Origin: Octopus vulgaris
Lineage: Eukaryota
DNA length: 64,000 nucleotides
Direction of reading: 5' to 3'
Assembly: GCA_951406725.2 (NCBI GenBank)
Contig: OX597820.1
Location: forward strand, 110,980,001 to 111,044,000
Part shown: piece by piece, positions 37,790 through 51,139 of the stretch
Layout of the letters: the number at the start of each line of letters is the position of its first letter
Numbering within the stretch: the first letter of the stretch is position 1
Position numbers and translations under genes: made by a program
The notes under the pieces: generated by a model
What the model saw: the letters and a program-made list of their open reading frames with translations, nothing else
Database searches by the model: none
What the model was told of the DNA's origin: nothing

Positions 37790-38375
37790 GACTGTTGGAA
37801 AAAAATTCCTAACTTTCAGTCTCTGCTTTGAGTCCTGAGCTTCTCAGCTTGTTGTTGGGATTTTGGTACGTCTACTTCTTTTCTGTTTAACTTAATCCAA
37901 TATTTGACTTGTAGGTGTTTATCTTGCTATCGTTTTATCATTATACGTTGCTGTTCCAGTTTTAGTTTGGATTAAAGTTGTTTTACAGCTTTTCTTGTTT
38001 CTTCTTTTTTCTTCAGGTACTATATGACTTATTTTTCTTTTATTTGTCAGCTTCCTTAAAGACAGAAAACAGATTTTTTTTTGTTTTGTTCGTGCTTTGT
38101 GGCTATTTTGTATCAGTTTTCCTTGCTTCTGAAGTAGGTATTTCTGTAATCCTATGGTGGTTATTTTGTAATAGATTTCTAGCTGTATAAGGCCGTTAGC
38201 ACCTTCAATAAGTTGTATATATAAGCTTTCTATGTCAGATTTTGGGTGGTGCATCATAAATCCTGTCATTATTTATCTTGTTTTCCTGTTTAATTTGATT
38301 AATCCAGTTAAGAATATTGTAGCTATAACTTATAACTGGGACGGTCAGAGTGTGGATACATATCTTGTTTTTCGC
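37790..38375 (-). mobile_element. R4/Dong-like internal fragment next to (TAA)n (37681-37768)
   Basis: Aligns with ~29740-30300 (HHPKSD, GLIQLE, KITTIGLQKYL). Confidence 0.85.
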
Positions 38376-38859
38376 ATTATAAGCCAAAGAAATGGGACAT
38401 CAGAACATAAGAAAGGGGAAAACCTTGGTTGAAAAATTTATTTAGGAAAAGACAAGGCGGATGGGGACATACCTCAACTTTGTGAAGACGAGAGGAAATG
38501 CTTCAATATTCCCTCAAAAGGAAAACTTAAAGATGTACTGAAGGAAGTGTGTCACGATGTGCTTTCTATTGATAAAAGTATAGTATATGGAAACCGTTCG
38601 AATTCTTGCGACACATAGCTAGCTATAGTCTGGCTGGTTCAGCAACAAATAGAATAACGTAATACGCAGAGCTTTGAAAAACAAAGATAAATAAGGTTAT
38701 ATTAGATACGCAATATATGATTGAAATTAATTTCGCTTTCAGTGGCGGTAGAACAATAATTTGGTGATAATTGGTAACAACTTCAAAAGTAAAGGTGAGA
38801 TGATTACATGAACATATGTAAACATATATACATTTACATTCATCTCTCATTCTCTGCAT

Positions 38860-40240
38860 TTCTATCTATCTATCTAATTTTATTTTTATACTTATTTTAA
38901 TTTTTAGCTTTTACTCTTGTAATATTCAACAAATAGGAACATGCCCATATAGGTTTAGCTTTTCTGCTTGTACACTATTATACATTTGTACACCCCTTAC
39001 ATTCGATTCTACATTTTAGACATCTTATACTTATCCGCCTGTAACAAGGATAAATATCCTGGTTTTGATTTAATATAAACTATGTACTCCTACTCAGATG
39101 ATAATTTGATTTAGTTATAAATTCATTGTGGAATAGTTTTATAATGACCACCTTAGCAATATGCTTAGGAAAGGCCTTATGAACTTTCTCTTATATATTA
39201 AAGTACCCCATTTTTAATGTTTAAGTTTAATTATGTATCCTTTTTCCTTTATATTGTTCTAAAATTCTTTTCTAAATTTTTAATATATTAAACTGGCTCA
39301 GTTATGATACACCTCGTAACCCTAGGTTATAATTCCCACCCTTAGAACTTATTTTGATCTCTTTTATTTTCCACTTTATTCTCCTTTTATTTGACAATCT
39401 AAATACGTACTAGTCACCCTCGTCCTTCTTCCGAGTTATCACCTCTTCTCCATCAGTCATTCTTTTACGAGCAGCTCTGAGATATATCCTTTTATGCGGA
39501 TAAAGCTACATATACGGTCCCAGTAAAATAAGGCTCCGGGAGAGTATCTGACATTAATTAATTTATAACCATCAACTGGAACTTATCTGTCAACTCCCAG
39601 TGGATTTAACTCTACAAGTTTGTAGACTATAAGCTGACTAAAATAAAATAAAGATAACGATAAATTAAGTATCTCACCATTCCTTTTTCTTGACCCCTCC
39701 CCCACTATTTTCCTTTGCTGCTCTCTGAATTATAGTTAGATTGGTTTCGGCAATTATCGGTCATGAATAACTCAATAGCACCACCTTTTAATTAATTATT
39801 TCGAGATTCTATGGTAGGCTTTAGACACACATTTCCCCCCAAAATTCGTTCTGCCACAAACATAGCATATGCTGCCTAAGATAAAATAAAGATAAAGATA
39901 AATTAACTACCTCACCATTCCTTTTTCTTGACCCCTACTATTTTCCTCTGTTACTCTCTAAATTATAGTAGGCTTTAGATATACATTTTCCCTAAATTGA
40001 TTCTGCCACAAACATAGCGAAGGGAAACTATGTAATTATTTTGGCTTTTAGTACTGATATAAATTGTGCTAAAAAAATAGTTTATCTTTTATTCTGAAAA
40101 TCTATAGGTCGTCTGCGCCTGAGGTGAGCGGTTTCTTTCAAATTGATGTAATGTTTTCATTGATCGATTAAATGGAGTAGCTTGAAACGGCCGTAATGCA
40201 TTGATACCTGGACATCCTTGTTACTTATTTGCTACATATA
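38860..40240 (+). mobile_element. Degraded repeat ending in an HHR-like motif (40114-40200), with an internal tandem duplication
   Basis: TGCGC-CTGAGGT-GAGC...GCTT-GAA-ACGGCCGT-A-ATGCA. ~39640-39870 is partly repeated at ~39880-40020. The left boundary is uncertain. Confidence 0.4.
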
Positions 40241-40260
40241 TGTGTGTGTGCACGCGTATG

Positions 40261-40318
<58 letters not shown>

Positions 40319-40347
40319 CATGTATACATATATACATGAAGATACAT

Positions 40348-40417
<70 letters not shown>

Positions 40418-40530
40418 CACCGTATATAAAGATATATATACATATATATATATGTACATATGTATGTATATATATATATATATATACACACACACATATA
40501 TATATATATATATACATATACATACATATA

Positions 40531-40571
<41 letters not shown>

Positions 40572-40572
40572 G

Positions 40573-40616
<44 letters not shown>
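40240..40616. repeat. Compound (TA)n/(CA)n microsatellite
   Basis: Directly visible. It accounts for the YI-repeat N-terminus of ORF 40218-41381. Confidence 0.97.
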
Positions 40617-40618
<2 letters not shown>

Positions 40619-41381
40619 AGAAATACGCCTTCAAGACCTCAAAAAAACACTATTACAACGTCAATATCCCTCCACCCTTATAGAGTATGGAATAAAACGC
40701 GCCAAAGAACTAGACAACACTACACTGAAAACCACCCAACCTAACACCACACACAACCTCAAAATACTTCCATACATTTCCACCCACAACCCCAAAAATA
40801 TCGAAGCATACACCACAATCATACAAAACCTCAGTCTACTGTCAACAGACCCAAAAATGAAAAACATTATAAATACACACAAAATCCTCAAATGTAAAAG
40901 GCAACACAAATCTTTAAAAAAACTCTTGACAAATGCCAAACTTCACACACCACATCCACCCCCAACAGTAAAAAAATGTGCACGCTCAAACTGTGGTACC
41001 TGCCCCTTTCTACTTGAAGGCTCTGAATTTACCTTCAAACAAGGTACGAAGTTTAAAATCAAGACTAACTTCTCCTGTTCCTCCGAGAACCTTATCTACG
41101 TTCTCACATGCGCTGGTTGCCAACATAATTATGTTGGACAAACGAGTCTCCCGTTACGTAAACGAGTAACGGTGCATAAAGAACAAATAAATCTCCCGGA
41201 ATACCGACAAATTCCACTGAGTGACCACTTAGACTCATGTGCTAAAGACTTAAACCCCAAATTCTATATATTCCCCTTCTACCAATGTAAAGACGGGATC
41301 ACCACACAGGAGAGAATTAACAAGGAGAATCTCTTTATTGAAAAATTCCAAACACAACTTAATATGCAAACTCCTCGTTGA
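40617..41381 (+). CDS. PLE thumb/linker plus GIY-YIG endonuclease (uninterrupted)
   Basis: [48 protein letters not shown]. Colinear with 4994-5764. Confidence 0.9.
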
Positions 41382-42013
41382 TCAAACTTCCTTTTTCTAC
41401 CTCACTCTTCATGGATGGACAAACACAAATATATAAAGATACCATGCATTCATCACTTCAAGCTAAAACTTATATTCTTTAAATATCATTTTTACTATTG
41501 TTGTTATCACTATCATTTTTATTATAAATGAGATGACAATTTGAAATGCAATTGTCTATGCAGATGTATATAATTAGAAAATAATATAAATAAAGTGTTA
41601 AAATCTGAAAGTTAAGTTAACAAGAAATTATATATAAAAAAGATAACGCAAATGAAGCTAAAATGATAATTTTATAATTTGGGTTTTACCATATTATTGA
41701 AGAACTCAAAAGAGTTGTCTCCCCTTACTCACAACACAGGAACTGAAGAACCACAATTAATACTACTTCCTGTCCTGCCAACATGCTGAATTAAACCACA
41801 CAACACATGCTCTTAATCCCTTTGGATCTTAATACCTCAAGGTAATTTTTTCGTGAACAATCATAAAACTCAAGATACACAACGAACTCACAATGTATCG
41901 GAGCACTTATCTTTTAATTTTTGTACATTTTTATCATTATTCTTTTGCAAAAAACAATGCAATTTTCTTTTTTTCCCCTTTCTAATTTCTAAAAAAACTT
42001 TTTAAAACATAAA

Positions 42014-42054
42014 TATTCTTGACAAGTCATACAATGACGAAAACCGGTTGAATA
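42014..42054 (+). ncRNA. Minimal HHR-like motif, U3-A8 core variant, with a 1-nt irregularity
   Basis: TATTC-TTGACAA-GTCAT(ACA)ATGAC-GAAA-ACCGGT-T-GAATA. It has either an extra A after GAA or no cleavage-site nucleotide. Confidence 0.65.
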
Positions 42055-42191
42055 AATATATATTTATATATTTTATCAATTTCTCATTTTATTAAAATTT
42101 TCTTTCATTTGAGCATTCTGCATTTTTAAAAAAATTTTTCCTTACTTATCATTTCTCCACGTGCGGTCAACACAACCCCACCATTTATTGA

Positions 42192-42275
<84 letters not shown>

Positions 42276-42329
42276 TATATATATATATGTACATATATAT
42301 ATATATATATATATATCTTTATATACGGT

Positions 42330-43025
42330 GTTGAACTGTATTCATAAGGCACATATTGCCATCTATCGTAACGCCCATTTTCCTTACAATTAAAATTGTT
42401 AAAAAGTATTTAAATATTGCATAATATAATTTTTAAAATTTATTTAAAATATATAAATACAGAAACTTGTATAGATAATAATAGAGAAAAGTATTGGACG
42501 AAAATTATTAAACATTTACAGGACTTCAGTATGTACAATGTTTTTAATTTTTCCTTTGGAGCATATGCGAAGAGTTTCTGTGGGCTTCCTACTCTGGAAC
42601 AACCTACATACAATTGACTATGTAAGAAACAGTCCTCTTCTAGATGGAGACTGACAACCTGCAATATTTGACCTTAGGACTTGTTAATGGTCATTGCGTA
42701 ACTGACTCTCACTGGTAACTGCAATCGTTTGAAACGAAAAGGGACATCTGTTGGCATAACGGTATTCTAAGTATAAATGCGATGTCTCCCTTACCACATC
42801 CAGTGAGAATTTTTGCTTCGATAAGGCGAGGCTGTAGTTCAGTCACAACTGTGCGTGTACCATTGCACAATCTTAGCTGATCCAGGTTTATGAAAAGCAT
42901 GATGACTGCATCCTTCTTCAATCCAAGGTTGTGTGACGGCATACCGGACGGTTCCAGACTGTTGAGGAAATCTGTAGGATAATGAACAGTATCATCCTCG
43001 TCAACTTTGTCGAGAGATTTGTAGA
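42330..43025 (-). mobile_element. Helitron PIF1-like helicase C-terminal fragment
   Basis: YPTDFLNSLEPSGMPSHNL, RLCNGTR, IAFILRIP, RLQLPVRVSYAMTINKS, FLHSQLYVGCSRV. Confidence 0.9.
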
Positions 43026-43364
43026 TGTGGCTACTTCCATTCTCCCTCTGTCTCGTTTGTTTTTTCTCCGTATTTTTTCTCTTCAGAGAAAAGGAGGAAG
43101 AGGTAGTGACAGAGAAGACACATATACAACCAGAAGGTGAGAAAAAACACATGAGAGACACACAGAAAGGAGGTAACAAAGAAAAAAGTGAGATACTGTA
43201 CCTCTACGTTCTCTCTATCTGTATGTCCCTCTCCATATCTATGTCTCTCTCACTGTCTATTTAGTGTTTACAGCGGTCAACGAAGAAACAAACTTTGCTT
43301 TTTAGAAGGATATATGTTATAAGGATAATATATACATACACAGAGAGATAGAGAGAGAGAGAGG

Positions 43365-43407
<43 letters not shown>

Positions 43408-43855
43408 GCGGGGGAATAAAGGTTTGGCAGAACAAATAACAGAAGTAGAACTTGGTATATGAGGATATTTTTGCTCGGCAGATATTGCAAAGTGATTAAA
43501 GGGTCGAGAGTCCCTTGAGGCACTTTGATGGCGATGTAATATATATATATATATATATTTATATATGTATATTATATTAAAGAACACACACACACACACA
43601 CCCATATACACAAATATATACATATAGAATATGAGGGCTTTGGTTTACTTGTGATCAAAACGAATAGGTACGCTGGGTAAGTGCTATAGTAGGTGGACTG
43701 TTAGGTTCCAAGATCATAGCTAAAGCTGGATTTAAGGATCATATTAGGTTCCGTTATATCGTGTTTATATTATATTAGAGGAAAAATCAAAATCAAGGCA
43801 GAACGCGTATCTCAAGTCATTTAGAATAATTTAATTAGGGTAAGGTGAATTTGAA

Positions 43856-43931
43856 GTCTTACAGCCGTTTCTAGGCTAACCCAAGTGGTAGGTTAGCATG
43901 TTTGTACACTGGGTATTCCGTCATCAGAGAC
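43856..43931 (-). ncRNA. HHR-like motif with an enlarged, branched stem II
   Basis: GTCT-CTGATGA-(~49 nt including hairpin GCTAACC..GGTTAGC)-GAA-ACGGCTGT-A-AGAC. The base of stem II pairs weakly. Confidence 0.6.
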
Positions 43932-44994
43932 AAATTATGAATATTTTAGATGGAGAAAGATTGACAGTTTACAAGGAATAAAATAGAAGAATAAAGAGTA
44001 AAATAGAAGAATAAAGAGTAAAAGTAGTTAGAAGAATATAGATAGAAGAATAATGTTCACAACTCCTCTTTTTCCAGAGGATATGGATGTTGGTCGGTAC
44101 TTCTATGAAGGTATAGGATTTTAGCTAAAATCCCAGGTAAATCCAGGCAGTATTTTGGTAGTATTCTGAACGATGTATTCATATTGTAAATATGTATATA
44201 GAGCGAGAAAGTATGATGGACATAAATGGATTTTGCGAGTGGGTGTATGAGAGAGAAGGGGGAGAAGGAATGAAAAATAAGATAGAGGTAAAAGGGTAAA
44301 AATTGAATTAAGATGAAAATAAAAATATAAATAAAAATGATAATAAAAATAATAAATAAAAGAAAAGGTAATGATAGATATATCATAAATGGGTTTTGTG
44401 AGTGAGTGTGCATGGGAGAGAGGAGAAAGAGAGAGAGGAGAAAGGGAATAAGAACAAGATAAGATAGAGGCAATAGGATAAGAAATAAGAATAAAAATAA
44501 TGAATAAATAAATAAAATTGAAGGTAATGACATAAGTGTGTCAGTATTGTGTAGGGGTAGAGGTCAAACGTTTAAAGTTTCAGTAGAGTTGGGGGTTGAA
44601 GGCCAATCTAGGTAAAGTTATAATGACAATAGCTTCGTGCAGATATTTCAAATTGTATTTCAAGCTACACAAGATAAAGAATTAAGATTTACAATTAAAA
44701 TTTAAAACCTAAACTTAAAATTACAAACTAAAAAAACTTTAAAAACTAAAAATTATTGAGCTGAAATTAGCTGGTTTCTTAGATAGTAATGTTGATGGAG
44801 AGGTAGGGTAAAAAGAAGAGAGACCACACACACACACACAAACGAACACACATATATATACACATACATAGACATAGACATATATACCTACATCCACACA
44901 TATATATACGCACATAAGCGTACATATAAAGCGCACACATATACATACATACATACATACATACACACACGCATATATGTATATATATATAAAA

Positions 44995-45145
44995 AGTTAA
45001 TCCAAACAAGAAAACACAGAAAAAAACAGAAAAAAACACAGCAACGCGAGGACGTGGAACAATTAAAGTATTATTTGACGCTCAGGAAAGAAGGAGGGTT
45101 TAACGTTTCGAGCGGAACTCTTTGTCAGAAACATAGGAAAAGGAA
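44995..45145 (-). mobile_element. Solo PLE terminus with mutated HHR (45098-45132), nested in the previous element
   Basis: GTTT-CTGACAA-A-GAG(TTCCG)CTC-GAAACGT-T-AAAC, followed by ...TTTCCTGAGCG, which also appears at the end of the PLE near 14670. Confidence 0.65.
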
Positions 45146-45255
45146 CCATGTGGTTTGTAAGCAAGGTACTTACCACACACGGGTTTACGTATTATAATTA
45201 CTGCTGTTGTTGTTGTTATTATTATAATTACTATTACTAGTACTACTACTATTAG

Positions 45256-45348
<93 letters not shown>

Positions 45349-45414
45349 TACTACTACTGCTACGACTACTATTGTCATTGGCAATAGTAATGGTGTTAAC
45401 ACTATCAATAACAC

Positions 45415-45462
<48 letters not shown>

Positions 45463-46347
45463 CAGCAGCAGCAGCAGCAGTGGTGGTGGTGGTGGTGGTA
45501 GCAGTCGTATTAGAGTTAGTGTTAGTGGTGATGCTATTAGTATCAACATTCGCCTCAGCTACACTTCAACCTTCATAGGAGACGGGGATGTTTATATCTT
45601 GGTTAATTCTAGTTGTAGTGCTAGGGTACGGTGTATGTCATCACGATTACTATTAGTGATTTTGTGGCTTTGATTATATCTATTTAGGTAGTAGGAATTA
45701 AGTTTACGTTTATTGGAAGAGGTAACAACAGATTCTCTATTGGGCGGAGAGGGGTAGGATAATTTTAGGGTAGATCTATTAAAGATTGAATGGTACTATT
45801 ATTTGAAAGAATGTTTTGGCTAAGTCCTTAACGTTTAAAGTGAATGGGGGGTATAAACCAGAGAATCGATCTATCCCTGCTTTTGTTATGCAATATAGGT
45901 TAAATATAATCTATAGCATTTGTTAGAGGCGAGTTGTAGGCTTTATTGTTGTTTATCAGTTTGAGTTTCGATCGAGTGTTATACAGGTGAGTGTATGGCT
46001 TGACGATTGTGTCTCACTCGAGGTCCTTCAAAGTTTCTAGCGGGGGTTTTAGCTTGTCTATCTATACTGGAATGGCTTATTCGTCTTGTAGAAACGACTG
46101 TAAGACTTCAAATTCACCTGACCCTAATTAAATTATTCTAAATAACTTGAGATGCTCGTTCTACCTTGGTTTTGATTTTTCCTCTAATATAATATAATAT
46201 AATATATAAATATAAAGAGGATAAGATAAACACCAAAATCCCTACACTCACACCTACTAACATGAATTTCACACATATACGCATACACGCACAAATCCCC
46301 CAGATACATAAAAACAGGACCTAAACATTTGACAGGAAACACACACA

Positions 46348-46410
<63 letters not shown>

Positions 46411-46659
46411 ACCACAACTGCTGCAACCACACTGTGCATGTGTATGTGTACAAGCATGTATGTGTCTACGTATTTATCCTTTCATGGATGCAGCATATAT
46501 TTGAACCTGCGAATATTTTAAATGCATGCAACGGTAGCAACGGCAGCGATAGTAGCAGTAAGAACAACAGCAACAGTACCAACAATTCGTCCGGCAGTTA
46601 CTGCAGCAACGGCAGTGATAGCGGCAACAATAGCAGCAGCAGAAGTGGCGCTAATAGCA

Positions 46660-47370
46660 TCAGGACATATACGAGGAAATATGTTGGAGTCCCTTTAAGC
46701 TGCGGAGCCCTTTTAAGCGGTGGAAAGCCCCTAAACATTTCAGCAGCAACTAAATAAGCACAGATCCCCTTTTCGTACAAGAGAAATGCAACGTTACATC
46801 TTTGGCCAACTACATATGGCGCTCAAAAGAAGAAGAAATGCCATATTGAATTATATGGAAGCTCCTGAATAGGAACAGGTGATGCAAACTTTGCTTGGTT
46901 GAGAGGGAAAAGATCCTAAAAAATCCGCTTCACCTGGAGGGTTAGGAATTCTTAAATTCCAAAAGTGAAACGTTTAGTCGGTACCTTCATGAAAGAAAAT
47001 TCATGTTGAAGACATGGGATTCCCGGCTTCCAGACTAGTGAATGGAAATCGAGCATAAACTGACCCATTTTAGACATATCTGGAAGCGGGCATGAGGAGA
47101 TAACTCCATCTCGCACAGAATGGGTTTTCGTTTTGAAAAATTTTGTAGTTAGGTGTTTTTCACAATCCTGGTTGTCCTAGCCTGTATTTTTACCTCTATT
47201 AGTAAAGGGGTGATGTGACGCCGGCCAGCAGGTCTGATGAGCAATAATAGACGTGAAACCAATAGTAACTTTCTGACCGGCCATAAACAAAGACTACTTT
47301 AAATATTATTACTAAATTTTTTTTTAAATAGAGTGTTCTTGTTTTCGGACTTAAGAACAACAGAACAATT
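46660..47370 (+). mobile_element. PLE 3' fragment: degraded GIY-YIG domain plus HHR terminus
   Basis: KYVG...FKRW...TSLANYIW...IIWKLL...CKLCLVEREKI...FLNSKSE...HERKFML, read across frameshifts and stops. Confidence 0.75.
47221..47280 (+). ncRNA. Type I hammerhead ribozyme with an extended stem I
   Basis: CCGGCCAGCAGGT-CTGATGA-GC(AATAATAGAC)GT-GAA-AC(CAATA)GT-A-ACTTTCTGACCGG. Confidence 0.75.
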
Positions 47371-47372
47371 AT

Positions 47373-47374
<2 letters not shown>

Positions 47375-47437
<63 letters not shown>

Positions 47438-47457
47438 GAGAGACATACACACACTCT

Positions 47458-47489
<32 letters not shown>

Positions 47490-47580
47490 TGTATGTATGT
47501 ATGTATGTATGGATGGATGGATGGATGGATGGATGGATGGATGGATGGATGGATGGATGGGTGGATGGGTGGATGGATGG
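47375..47580. repeat. (GATA)n, (ATGT)n and (GGAT)n microsatellites
   Basis: Directly visible. Confidence 0.97.
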
Positions 47581-47967
47581 ATATTTATCCTGTTTGGAGT
47601 TACTGAATTTCGAGAATTTCATGGCACCGATCTTCAAATGTGTTTTCCTTTTCCTTTCTTTTCTTTATTTTTTTCATCAATTATATCAATTCCAGTACTT
47701 TGTTCCTTATTTTTATCGACTTCCTCAACAGAAATCCACTCATATTCATGAATAGACGTCAAGTAGATCAGCACGCACCTACATACATATGAACGTACAC
47801 ATGTTGACATTCATACACATACACGTACATACACACATGCATACATACATATATACACACACTCAAGCATGCATACATACACATATGTTTGTGCATGAGT
47901 GTGTATGTATCGTAACATGGTTGAGAAATATGAAAACTATACAAAAAACGCAGCGCTCGATAATGAT

Positions 47968-48000
<33 letters not shown>

Positions 48001-48126
48001 GAGAGAGAGAGAAAGATATTATATTACATATATGTATAAGTATATGTGTAGGTGGTGTTTACATATACACGTATATGCATATATATGTATAAAAATACAT
48101 ACATGCGTATATATATATATATATAC

Positions 48127-48163
<37 letters not shown>

Positions 48164-48470
48164 ACAACCAAATACTATACACACACATGGGCAAACAAAA
48201 TCACATATACTCACAGGCAACGCGACACATATATAGACATGATGAAACACAAACAGAGATACGCACTTGGTCAAACAAACATATATACACAGACAAATAA
48301 ACAAACATTTACAGTTGCAGTACTAGCGTATAAAATGTTATGACGCTATGTAACTTCTATTATCAGTCCTAAACGATAAAGTTATTCCCGGATAACATGT
48401 TGGCTAAACATTGATACGTGAACTACTGACCTTTGGGTTCCCAGAGGAAATTAACATCCTATGTATAAAT

Positions 48471-48502
<32 letters not shown>

Positions 48503-51139
48503 TGGTACTGGAGAGCCAACGCCAATACGCTGAAAGTGATGGGATGGACTAGAAGATTTATAAACGCTCTTCAATAGAAGTACACCGACAATATATAAGT
48601 GAGAAATACATATACATACGAATAAATTCTGCGTACAGATACCAATATATACATGCATTTCCCACGTATCCATTATATCTAATCGCCCATCTCAGCCATG
48701 TGGCTAATGCCAGAAATAGTGCCGGAGTGAATATAGTACCGGAGCAAAATATAATGACTAGAGAACTCAAAATTGTATATATACGTATAAATTGAGGATA
48801 CAATCATTAAAATGATTATATCAGAGGCTAGCGTGTAAAGAGTGTAAAGCAATTTTTATTACAGAACACGAAATCTTAAGATATAGAGTTATCCAAAATT
48901 TTTATAAATCTTCTTGCCCATTCTCTCGATTTCATCCTTGTGCTAAAAAGAGAGCAAATTTAGAGTGGTTTGTAGACATTTGATATCTACTTCTAGCGTA
49001 GTGGAGTTGGCCCTCCTGCGCCCTTAATTATAATTATATTTTTATAATTATACACACACACACAAACACACCTGCACATATTGTTGTATTAAATTCCATG
49101 AGTCATAGAAGAAAATGCATGCATATATAGGGTTGCAGAGTGGGCACTATTATTATTATTGTTGTTGTTGTTGTTGCTGATAGGTCATAGTTTCAGAATA
49201 GCTAAATTATCAGTAGGTTTCGTACAAGATGTGAAGAACCAAATCCAATAATCATCAGAAAGGGTTGAAAGGAATAGCATGTCTTGGTTCTCTGTCAATG
49301 GAGGCCTAGAACTGGAAATCACATTTTAGTTGGTGGGTGTTACGGCTGTTGTAAAAATCTGGAACGAAGTTCATAGAATAAATTTTCCAGATCAAACTCA
49401 AGGAAAAAATCTTTAGTTCATCGCGGTTGTCCCTTGGGTTGGGACCAGCAGGTCCACTTCATTATACAAGATATCTGCTTGCATGTGGAGTTGGGGTAGA
49501 GGTGCGATGGGATTGGGGAGTGGGGAGTGGGGTATGGTGAGGAGGAACATTGGTGGGTTAGGGTTAATCCAACGTTAATCGCGGTCGGCCAATTTGCTAA
49601 TGTATATCTGCGCGAAGGAAGAGAGTCCTTCAGTACGATTCTTTTCTCCGAGAAGCAGAGTTTTTATCTCTCACTGCTGTTAGGATGAACTTTTCTAGTA
49701 TCCTCCACTTGATATTGTAATTCGCAGTACTTTCTTTCAATGCCCATAAACGTTTTGCTAGAGGTGTAACATTTAACCAGTATTGGATTTTAAAATGGCA
49801 TGCGTGGTGGCTGGATCTGGTCCTTCATATTTCACACCCACATATTTCCACACGCTCGTCCCTCAACTGGGATCCACTGATACCACCTGTGCCTCATACA
49901 CAACAGTTTCTGTATTACATTTTCTGTTCAGTGTAGATGTGGCATTACCTTTGCGTGAGCAGATTTTATCTATTAGGTGCACAGCAAAAGAAATCCTTAA
50001 AATACTTGGAGCTGCCTCCCATTTTCTGAGGTTTGGACCCAGTCTGATCGCAGACAGCTTAATTAGACAGATTTAGGTCTTCCACTTAAGTAAGCCATAG
50101 TAGGATTTGTACTCAGAACGGAGAGAATCGGAACAAATACTACAATACAAATGGTCAGATATTCATACAGTTCCGGCAATCCATCATCTTGAATTGATGC
50201 TTATTTTTTTTACCCCGAAAGCATGAAAATCAATGCTGATCTCGGCAATATTCGAACTCAGAACGCAGAAATTTGAACCAAGTAGTGTGCAGCATTATTA
50301 TATTCGACATTCTCATGACTCTTTCGATTTACCACTTATACATTACTTGGGCATGATCAAATGCAAGGCAAAAAAGAAAACATATTTTAGATTAATCCCC
50401 GACGAACAACTCTCTGTCCCACTTTTGAAATATACATTTGATCGCAGAATCTCCCATTAAAAAAAAAAGAGAAATAATTAAAATTTTCAAAAGGAAAAAA
50501 AATCATAAAAAATTATATCATAAATTAATTAATTTTTTGTTTAGTCTAATTACAGAACTTTGGAAGTATACCGCATTTATGTTTTAATTATTAATTCTAT
50601 ATTACGTCTTTCATTATGTCGAAAAAATTACACTAAAGGGATTTTGTCTTTTTTTATGATTTAAACAAGGGTGGGAGGTTTCTCCAAGAGAGTTTTGTCC
50701 TTGTTGGTTGAGGGTGCTTTTGTACCAGAACGGTTTTGATCAAAAGACCTCTCCACCCAATCAGGGATGAGCAAGGGCTGAACAGCAACAGCATAACTAC
50801 AACATTACATTATATTGTTATATGCTGTCAGATCATAGTGAATACACAAAGTTGATAACAACCCGGTAATGTATGAAAAGATAACACATATTCAAAACTG
50901 AAAGACAAGATAAATCCTAACAATACTCTCAGTCTCACTCCCTCCCTCCATATGTGTGTATGTGTATATGTATGTATGTATGCATGCATGTATGCATGCA
51001 TGTATGTATGTATGTATGAATGTACGTAATACATACATACATACATACATACATACATACATACATACATACATACATACATACATACACACATACACAC
51101 ATACATACATATAACTTTGATAACTTTGATAGGTTTCGG

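Larger units (their letters stand above)
40617..42193 (+). mobile_element. 5'-truncated Penelope-like element between TA microsatellites
   Basis: GIY-YIG ORF, AT-rich 3' region and HHR-like motif at 42014-42054, with TA runs on both sides. Confidence 0.9.
43765..46200 (-). mobile_element. Degenerate PLE (WFNPP-type) with HHR terminus and an inverted terminal copy
   Basis: 43765-43873 is inverted at 46089-46200. The minus strand encodes RDRSILWFIPPFTLNVKDLAKTFF. HHR-like motif at 43856-43931. Confidence 0.7.

Noticed and set aside
40218-41381. 387-aa ORF as a novel fusion protein
   Set aside because: The N-terminal ~133 codons are TA/CA microsatellite that happens to be in frame with a truncated PLE ORF.
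42440-43025. Host PIF1 helicase gene
   Set aside because: It is an intronless, frameshifted C-terminal fragment with Helitron-type sequence, lying between microsatellites.
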